This document shows positions 45,738 through 51,111 of a DNA stretch of 51,111 nt, in pieces. Source of the DNA: an uncultured Candidatus Saccharibacteria bacterium (GTDB taxonomy: Bacteria; Patescibacteriota; Saccharimonadia; UBA4664; CAZJNH01); contig CAYZIN010000005.1 in the NCBI GenBank assembly GCA_964478595.1, positions 1-51,111 of the forward strand, in the 5' to 3' direction. The notes beneath the pieces were generated by a model. That model saw only the letters and a list, made by a program, of their open reading frames with translations, was not told the origin of the DNA and did no database searches. Both the position numbers and the translations under genes were made by a program. Position 1 is the stretch's first letter, and every line of letters begins with the position of its first letter.

Positions 45738-46574
45738 CTAGAGGATGTTGGACAGTCGGAACTTCTTCTTACCCTTCCGGCGGCGACCGTGGTCGCGTTC
45801 TGCCAGAAGATTCCGTTTGGCCCTCAGCAATTCCCTCTTCCGTTCGAGGAAGGACCTGCTGTCGGACACTTCGCGCACTTCGGGGGCAGGTGCTGCCGGT
45901 TTCGGGGCCAACTTCGGCTCCTCCACCGGAACTTCGGGTCGCTCGTCCGGTTCCGGATCCGCCGATGGTTTCGGCGTTGGTTCCGGTTCCAGCGTGAGCT
46001 TCGGCGGCCACTCGTAGTGGTCGTTCAGCTCTTCGAGCGGGATGATCGCCGACCGATCGTCCAACCCTTCCACTTCAGCGTAGGCAATGCCCCGCCGGGT
46101 GAAAGTGTCAACGACCTTGACCTCCATGCCCTGCCACCAGGCGGTGTAGGGCTCGACCGTTGTGCCGCGTGCCAGCGAACTGGCGACTTTGGCCCGGCGA
46201 TCGATGTTGGTCTTGGCTTCAACCGACAGTCTCCTCTCCCACTCGTCGAGACGATCGAGAGAGGTATCGGTGTTGGCCAAAAACTCGGCGACCTTGACGA
46301 CTTGGTCGGCCCGGACGTCCTCAGCGCGTGAGATCCTTGTTCTCACTTCATTGAGCTCGTCGTGAACCGTCTTCGTCTTGGGTTGATCCGTGTTTGTCCC
46401 AGGCTGGTTTGCCGGGGGAACTTGGGTTCGATCGGAGGGCTCGGGGGGCTTGTCACCTCCCAACCCCGTCTGATCGCTCCCTTTTCCACCTTCGTCGGGT
46501 GGCGCGTCCTTGCCTTCCTCGCGTTCCCGAATTCGCTGTTCGGCGAGTTCGAGGGCGGGGTCGATGTCGGACAT
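45738..46574 (-). CDS. hypothetical protein: disordered Pro/Glu-rich arms, small central globular region, basic C-terminal tail
   Basis: 278 aa. AAAAGGAGCC lies upstream. There is a 2-nt gap to the upstream gene and a 13-nt gap to the downstream gene. No family recognised. Confidence 0.7.
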   Translation of the reverse strand: MSDIDPALELAEQRIREREEGKDAPPDEGGKGSDQTGLGGDKPPEPSDRTQVPPANQPGTNTDQPKTKTVHDELNEVRTRISRAEDVRADQVVKVAEFLANTDTSLDRLDEWERRLSVEAKTNIDRRAKVASSLARGTTVEPYTAWWQGMEVKVVDTFTRRGIAYAEVEGLDDRSAIIPLEELNDHYEWPPKLTLEPEPTPKPSADPEPDERPEVPVEEPKLAPKPAAPAPEVREVSDSRSFLERKRELLRAKRNLLAERDHGRRRKGKKKFRLSNIL

Positions 46575-46576
46575 GC

Positions 46577-47461
46577 TTAGGCTCCTTTTCGTTTGCCCTC
46601 GATAACCCGAAGGTTACCGCGGAACGCGGACACGATCGTCGAGTAGTCGATGCCGTCATCCTCGTACTTACGGAAGATGGCGTCGATGATCTCGACGTAC
46701 AGCTCGGCGCGAAGGTTGATGTCCTCGGCGGCGTCCTGCAGCTCCACCATCCGGTCGCGCAAGTGCTCTCGAATGTCGAGGCACCAGGCGTGACTGTCTG
46801 GGAAGCGCAAGGCGTTGCGTCGGGCCTTGCCGGACGGATCCGGCAGAAACTTCTTGCCGGCCAGCAGCAGCTTGACCTCGGCGCGGAAACCGCCAGACAG
46901 TTCTTCATGGCAGAATCGGCATTGGTCGTTGGCGAGCCAGAGGCGAGAGAGCTTGCGCTCAAACTTCGCCAACAGCTCGTTGCTGCGCCAGCGGAAGTTG
47001 CGGGACGCGCTGGACAGGTAGAGATCGAGCTCTTCCAGTCCGATCCGGATGTAATTCACCGGAATTCGCTTGCCCGCGTCTTCCTCGAACGAGTTGCGTT
47101 CGCCGGGCTCCAAGAATTTCTGGAGCGGATCCGGGTACTGCACCATCGTTCGCTTGTACTTCTCGTAGCGCGGACGGAACGACTGGCCGGAGCGGAGAGC
47201 CTGGTCGGTGTCGATGACTTCCTGGCACCAGGCCAAGTTGTCGTCGTCCTCCTGAGTTCTGCCGCGGCGGCGCGGGATGCGGAGCAAGCTCCGTTCCTTC
47301 GTTCCGTTGTTGGGCGCGGACTCCAAAGCGGCTCTCACCGCATCGGGGTCAACGACCGTTCGCTCGTTACCGTCCGGTTTCCCGGCGGCAGCGAGCACGA
47401 CGTCGAGGGGCTTATTCAGCTCCTTGACCATCGTTCTGGCTTGTTTGCCTGTTCTGGGCAA
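46577..47461 (-). CDS. hypothetical cytoplasmic protein with CxxCH...HxxC residues
   Basis: 294 aa. The TTG start is preceded by GAAGGAGG; an internal ATG (MVKELNK) is an alternative start. Codon usage is GC3-rich. No family recognised. Confidence 0.7.
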   Translation of the reverse strand: MPRTGKQARTMVKELNKPLDVVLAAAGKPDGNERTVVDPDAVRAALESAPNNGTKERSLLRIPRRRGRTQEDDDNLAWCQEVIDTDQALRSGQSFRPRYEKYKRTMVQYPDPLQKFLEPGERNSFEEDAGKRIPVNYIRIGLEELDLYLSSASRNFRWRSNELLAKFERKLSRLWLANDQCRFCHEELSGGFRAEVKLLLAGKKFLPDPSGKARRNALRFPDSHAWCLDIREHLRDRMVELQDAAEDINLRAELYVEIIDAIFRKYEDDGIDYSTIVSAFRGNLRVIEGKRKGA

Positions 47462-47499
47462 AACTGCCTCCTTCTAACTTGGCGGTTGTAGATAGCAGC

Positions 47500-47541
47500 C
47501 TGCCAGCAGCTTACCTGGGCGGCAAGTAAGGGTGCTGGCAG
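47500..47541 (-). promoter_or_regulatory. stable hairpin in the 5' leader of the cassette
   Basis: CTGCCAGCA/TGCTGGCAG (9 bp) extended by CTTAC/GTAAG. It lies between the right inverted repeat and the first SD. Confidence 0.45.
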
Positions 47542-47587
47542 AGTGCTACCCGCAAACGCAGCTAAAAGGAATATTTTTTCTTTTAGG

Positions 47588-47623
47588 TCTTGATTGACCT
47601 TTGACTATTCGGCTGTCAAGGAC
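47588..47623. repeat. right arm of the imperfect inverted repeat flanking the GC-rich cassette
   Basis: TCTTGATTGACCTTTGACTATTCGGCTGTCAAGGAC is the reverse-complement partner of 44229-44262. On the minus strand it contains TTGACA. Confidence 0.75.
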
Positions 47624-47808
47624 CACACGTCATAACAAAAATCCCAGAACTAGCTGGGGTGAGGTTCTTGACTCGTCCGCCGATTGCGGACTGGCCAAGA
47701 GTGGTTTAAAACCACCTCACTGCCTGCCACAACGAGTTAGTGCGATAAGCCTAGCATAATTAGCCATTCTTGTCAACACTAATTATGCTTTCTTCCAAAT
47801 TGGTTATG

Positions 47809-50439
47809 CTATTTTGCCAAATGCTTCTGGTGTTCAGGAGAGTTAATCAAGCCGCACTTCTTGTATTTAAGGCCGCTGCCGCATGGGCACGGGTCGTTTC
47901 GACCTACCTTTTCGGTCTTACCTTCGGCATTTTGCTTAAAGGTTTTAGCCTGGCGTCTGGGCTTAGTTTCGGCCGCGGCGCCTTCGGCTGACTTCTCGGC
48001 TGCTTTAGTTAGCGCCGTTTCCACCGGCGCCTGCTCGACTGCCGGCGTTATTTCTACCTTATATATAGTAGAAGCAATTTCCGATTCCATAGTACCAATT
48101 AGCTGCTGGAACAGGCGGTAGCCTTCGGCTTTATACTCCACCAACGGGTCTTTTTGGCCAATCGCCCGCAGACCTATCCCCTCACGCAACCCAGTCATAG
48201 CTTCCAAATGCGAGATCCATAAATTATCCAGCACCCGCAAATAAGTCAGCCTCTCGGCCAGCCGCGTCAACGGTTCGCCGACCCGCTTAGTCCGCCAGTC
48301 ATACAGCGCCTCGGCGTGCTTCATTAGAAAGTCCGACAACTCCTCCGGCAGCGTCTTTTTGATTTGTTCAACCAACTTATTATCGAGCGGCACAATTTTG
48401 GCGGTGGCTTCAACTACTTTTTCTCGGTCCATTACACCGGTTCGCACATCGGTGTGGGCCGCTACAATCCCTTTAAACTCGTTTTCGACCATCTCCATCA
48501 CTTCTGGCCGCAGGTTCTCGTTTTCCAGAGCTTTACGGCGTTTGGCGTAAATCACTTCGCGATGCCGGTTCATGACGTCATCGTATTCAACTAGGTTTTT
48601 GCGGATATCGAAGTTGTGACCCTCTACCTTTTTCTGGGCGCTTTCGATCGATTTTGACACCATAGCGTTCTCAATCGGTGTGTCGTCGTCAATGCCGAGT
48701 GTATTCATTAACCCGGCAATCCGTTCACCGCCAAAAATTCGCATTAAATCATCCTCAAGCGACACGTAAAACTGACTTTCACCCGGATCACCTTGCCGTC
48801 CGGAACGGCCGCGGAGCTGGTTGTCGATGCGCCGAGCCTCATGACGTTCCGAACCCACCACCGCTAACCCGCCAAGCTTATCAACGCCTTTTTCCAGAAC
48901 AATGTCGGTACCCCGACCGGCAATGTTCGTGGCCAAGGTAACCGCCCCTTTTTGCCCTGCTCCGGCAATAATCGCGGCTTCTTTTTCGTTATTCTTAGCG
49001 TTTAAGATTTCGTGCGGCACCTTCAGCTGTTGCAGGAAACTGGCCAACAGTTCATTCTTTTGGATCGAAACGGTACCAATCAGCACCGGCTGCCCTTTTT
49101 CATGCATCGCCTTTACTTCTGTTGCAATCGCCCGAAACTTACCTTCCTCGGTCTTATAAATCTTATCGGCCAGATCTTCACGCACCATAGGTTGGTTGGT
49201 CGGAATTGCAATCACATCCAGATTATAAATGCTATGAAACTCCTCGCTCTCGGTTGCGGCCGTACCGGTCATTCCGGCCAATTTGTCGTATAACCGAAAG
49301 TAGTTCTGGAAGGTAATCGTTGCCAGTGTTAGCGATTCTTGCTGAATGTTAACGCCCTCTTTAGCCTCCACCGCTTGGTGCAAACCCTCACTCCAGCGCC
49401 GGCCCGGCATTAATCGCCCGGTAAACTCGTCAACAATAATAATTTCACCGTCTCGGGCCACGTAATCTCGATCGCGTTTAAACAACGCCTTGGCCTTAAG
49501 TGCCTGTTCAATATGATGCACCTCATCGATCCGGCCAGCTTCGTAAATATTGTCGACTTTCAGGGCTTTTTCAATCTTTTTAATGCCGTCGTCGGTCAAA
49601 CTGGCGGCTTTCAGCTTTTCATCTAACGTAAAGTCCTTTTCTTCGGTTAAGGTCTCGGCCAGCTTAGCGAATTGATAATACTTATCGGTACTTTCTTCAG
49701 CTGGCGCCGAAATAATTAAAGGCGTTCTAGCTTCGTCGATTAAAATCGAGTCGACTTCATCTACAATCGCGTAATGCAGCGGCCGCTGCACCATTCGCGA
49801 AACGTCATCGACCATATTGTCGCGCAAATAATCAAACCCAAACTCGTTGTTGGTTCCATAAGTAATGTCCGCCTTATAAGCTTCCTGACGCGTAACGGGC
49901 TTTAAATGGACAAGTCGTTCGTCGTCGTGCTCTGGATTTTTGAACTTAGGATCGAAGATTAGAGCCTGTTCGTGCACAATCACACCGGTCGTTAAACCGA
50001 GAGTATTGTAAATTTCACCCATCCAGCCGGCGTCACGTTGCACCAGATAATCGTTCACGCTCACTACGTGCACGCCCTTACCGGTTAGCGCGTTTAAATA
50101 CACCGGCAGCGTCGCCACCAGCGTTTTACCCTCACCCGTCTTCATTTCGGCAATGCTGCCTTCGTTTAGCACCATGCCACCAATTAGCTGCACGTCATAA
50201 TGCCTCTGCTTTAACTCTCGCTTCCCAGCTTCCCGTACTAAGGCAAACGCCTCTGGCAGCACGTCATCAAGCGTCTTCCCGCCCTCAATTTCCTTCTTTA
50301 ACCGCGCGGTTTCTTTAGATAAATCCTTAACCTTCTCGAACTTGGACTCTAGGTCATTAATTCGATCAACAGTGGGCGTGAGACGCTTCACCGCCTTGGC
50401 GTTCTGATCCCCCAACAATTTGGTAATTAAATTACGCAT
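47809..50439 (-). CDS. secA: preprotein translocase ATPase SecA
   Basis: 876 aa. Motifs MKTGEGKTLVATL, DEVDSILIDEARTPLIIS and TNIAGRGTDI, plus a C-terminal zinc finger CPCGSGLKYKKCG. Confidence 0.97.
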   Translation of the reverse strand: MRNLITKLLGDQNAKAVKRLTPTVDRINDLESKFEKVKDLSKETARLKKEIEGGKTLDDVLPEAFALVREAGKRELKQRHYDVQLIGGMVLNEGSIAEMKTGEGKTLVATLPVYLNALTGKGVHVVSVNDYLVQRDAGWMGEIYNTLGLTTGVIVHEQALIFDPKFKNPEHDDERLVHLKPVTRQEAYKADITYGTNNEFGFDYLRDNMVDDVSRMVQRPLHYAIVDEVDSILIDEARTPLIISAPAEESTDKYYQFAKLAETLTEEKDFTLDEKLKAASLTDDGIKKIEKALKVDNIYEAGRIDEVHHIEQALKAKALFKRDRDYVARDGEIIIVDEFTGRLMPGRRWSEGLHQAVEAKEGVNIQQESLTLATITFQNYFRLYDKLAGMTGTAATESEEFHSIYNLDVIAIPTNQPMVREDLADKIYKTEEGKFRAIATEVKAMHEKGQPVLIGTVSIQKNELLASFLQQLKVPHEILNAKNNEKEAAIIAGAGQKGAVTLATNIAGRGTDIVLEKGVDKLGGLAVVGSERHEARRIDNQLRGRSGRQGDPGESQFYVSLEDDLMRIFGGERIAGLMNTLGIDDDTPIENAMVSKSIESAQKKVEGHNFDIRKNLVEYDDVMNRHREVIYAKRRKALENENLRPEVMEMVENEFKGIVAAHTDVRTGVMDREKVVEATAKIVPLDNKLVEQIKKTLPEELSDFLMKHAEALYDWRTKRVGEPLTRLAERLTYLRVLDNLWISHLEAMTGLREGIGLRAIGQKDPLVEYKAEGYRLFQQLIGTMESEIASTIYKVEITPAVEQAPVETALTKAAEKSAEGAAAETKPRRQAKTFKQNAEGKTEKVGRNDPCPCGSGLKYKKCGLINSPEHQKHLAK

Positions 50440-50472
50440 ATTTAACCGTCAAAGTTTAGCATTTCAAGGAGT

Positions 50473-50511
50473 AAAACAAAAGAGTCCCACACCGCATGGG
50501 TGTGAGACTCT
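50473..50511 (-). terminator. intrinsic terminator separating the second GC-rich segment from secA
   Basis: The minus strand reads AGAGTCTCACACCC-ATGC-GGTGTGGGACTCT (one mismatch) followed by TTTGTTTT. Confidence 0.75.
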
Positions 50512-50524
50512 ATCGTCTTTGTTG

Positions 50525-50779
50525 CTAGTGGAAGAGTTTGCGGATCCACTTCCAGCCGGGGTCACGTTTCGTTTGGACAACTTGGCCCCCGTGTCGGTAG
50601 ACGTCGATCAGTTCCCCGCGTCTGACGCGGAATCGATCGTTGTCCACGGTGTGGAAGATGAAGCCACCCTCGACCTCTTCGATCCACGAAAGCTGCGGCA
50701 AGCAGCCTTCGAAGGCGACTCGGTCGCTCTCGATCACTTCTTCGGCCTTCACGATGAGGTTCGTCGTCCTGATCGGCAT
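50525..50779 (-). CDS. hypothetical 84-aa protein (GC-rich segment)
   Basis: ATG 50779 is preceded by AAAGGAGCCGCA. The track ORF extends upstream through the SD, which is implausible. No family recognised. Confidence 0.55.
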   Translation of the reverse strand: MPIRTTNLIVKAEEVIESDRVAFEGCLPQLSWIEEVEGGFIFHTVDNDRFRVRRGELIDVYRHGGQVVQTKRDPGWKWIRKLFH

Positions 50780-50783
50780 TGCG

Positions 50784-50821
50784 GCTCCTTTGCTCGGAAA
50801 CAAAACGGCTGCGGAGCTAGT
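50784..50821 (-). repeat. start-associated conserved intergenic sequence, copy 1
   Basis: The plus strand reads GCTCCTTTGCTCGGAAACAAAACGGCTGCGGAGCTAGT. It matches 51037-51076 apart from a few substitutions and indels, and it includes the SD. Confidence 0.6.
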
Positions 50822-51032
50822 ACCTCTTGATTCCGCCCATCGCTCCGGCAATCACCACCATCAGTGGCAGGCCGAAGAGAAACCCCTCCGCCGCAGCAGC
50901 GAACCCGCCGTGGCTGATTGCGGCCACGTTGGCCGACCAGTCAGCAACGAACAAGAGCTCCCAGAAAGCCACGGTGATCAACAGGATCCACCACACTGGG
51001 TCGGGACTGAAGAACAACCTAAACCGTCGCAA
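50817..51032 (-). CDS. hypothetical 71-aa two-TM membrane protein (GC-rich segment)
   Basis: TTG 51032 is preceded by AAAGGAGCAAAG. Two hydrophobic helices are present (VWWILLITVAFWELLFV and FLFGLPLMVVIAGAMGG). Confidence 0.5.
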   Translation of the reverse strand: MRRFRLFFSPDPVWWILLITVAFWELLFVADWSANVAAISHGGFAAAAEGFLFGLPLMVVIAGAMGGIKRY

Positions 51033-51036
51033 CTTT

Positions 51037-51076
51037 GCTCCTTTGCTCGGGGACAAAAAATGGCTGCGGAGCTGGT
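51037..51076 (-). repeat. start-associated conserved intergenic sequence, copy 2
   Basis: The plus strand reads GCTCCTTTGCTCGGGGACAAAAAATGGCTGCGGAGCTGGT. Confidence 0.6.
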
Positions 51077-51111
51077 TACTGCAACAGTTACGGGAAAGTT
51101 AGGAAAAGCGT

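Larger units (their letters stand above)
44229..47623 (-). other. compositionally atypical genomic islet: three-ORFan cassette bounded by inverted repeats
   Basis: Hand counts of 60-nt lines give about 58-72% G+C inside, versus about 37-52% in flanking genes. Codons are GC3-rich. The cassette has its own leader, SD sequences and terminator. No integrase or transposase is visible. Confidence 0.7.

Noticed and set aside
45389-46331. Plus-strand ORFs 45389-45997 and 45714-46331, and the minus-strand out-of-frame ORF 45075-45590
   Set aside because: All are shadow or out-of-frame ORFs overlapping cassette genes 2 and 3. They have Arg/Pro/Gly-rich low-complexity translations and no ribosome-binding sites.
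46394-47491. A 365-aa plus-strand ORF, the longest ORF in the GC-rich islet
   Set aside because: It is antisense to cassette genes 1 and 2. Its composition is the Arg/Leu/Ala/Val/Gly-rich pattern typical of shadow ORFs in high-GC DNA. It has no SD. The minus-strand ORFs have SD sequences, tight spacing and GC3-biased codons.
44210-47640. Target-site duplication next to the inverted repeats
   Set aside because: The bases flanking the left arm (..CCTGCGGATA) and the right arm (CACACGTCAT..) share no direct repeat at any plausible boundary. Classical transposition with a target-site duplication is therefore not supported.
47640-47700. A possible tRNA fragment (GGTTCTTGACTC) as an integration site next to the islet
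   Set aside because: The flanking bases do not form a T-stem or an acceptor stem, so it is only a chance resemblance to a T-loop.
1-51111. CRISPR arrays, rRNA genes, and transposase or integrase genes
   Set aside because: I saw no regularly spaced direct repeats, no rRNA-like sequence, and no ORF with recognisable DDE, tyrosine-recombinase or serine-recombinase motifs anywhere in the window.

Overview
This 51.1-kb window looks like a small-genome, Gram-positive-like bacterium. Gene content and layout suggest Patescibacteria/CPR, probably Saccharibacteria; this is inference only, since no search was possible. The supporting traits are a stripped-down dcw cluster, an LPXTG surface protein, a TraD-like membrane ATPase, receiver-only response regulators, and roughly 37-52% G+C in hand-counted 60-nt lines. 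TGA is used as a stop codon and RF2 is present, so the standard code 11 applies.

Most of the window is tightly packed housekeeping DNA:
- A partial tRNA-Glu.
- Two histidine kinase plus stand-alone receiver pairs.
- dacB-like, der, pth, dprA, topA and a PBP1A.
- A sigma-r4/HARE-HTH protein coupled to a TraD/VirD4-like ATPase.
- mraZ-rsmH-ftsL-ftsI-mraY-ftsW-murG-ftsQ.
- An M16 peptidase, glyQS, recO, xseAB, rpmA and pyrG.
- ctpA-CHAP-ftsX-ftsE-M23-prfB, an LPXTG protein, and secA.

The stand-out feature is a compositionally foreign three-gene cassette at about 44.2-47.6 kb, with roughly 58-72% G+C in hand-counted lines. All three products are unrecognisable to me. The cassette has its own leader hairpin and terminator, is bracketed by about 35-bp imperfect inverted repeats, and sits where a conserved secA-prfB neighbourhood is interrupted. 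A second GC-rich segment starts just upstream of secA at about 50.5 kb and runs off the window. It carries two small ORFs preceded by a repeated roughly 38-nt start-associated sequence.

Other points of interest:
- An apparently circularly permuted M23 peptidase domain next to ftsEX.
- ftsEX flanked by both a coiled-coil CHAP and a coiled-coil M23 hydrolase.
- A highly structured 300-400 nt intergenic region with an intrinsic terminator upstream of dprA.
- GTGGG boxes in the mraZ promoter.
- A small autonomous orphan gene.

All family assignments come from motifs read by eye. No database search was run.
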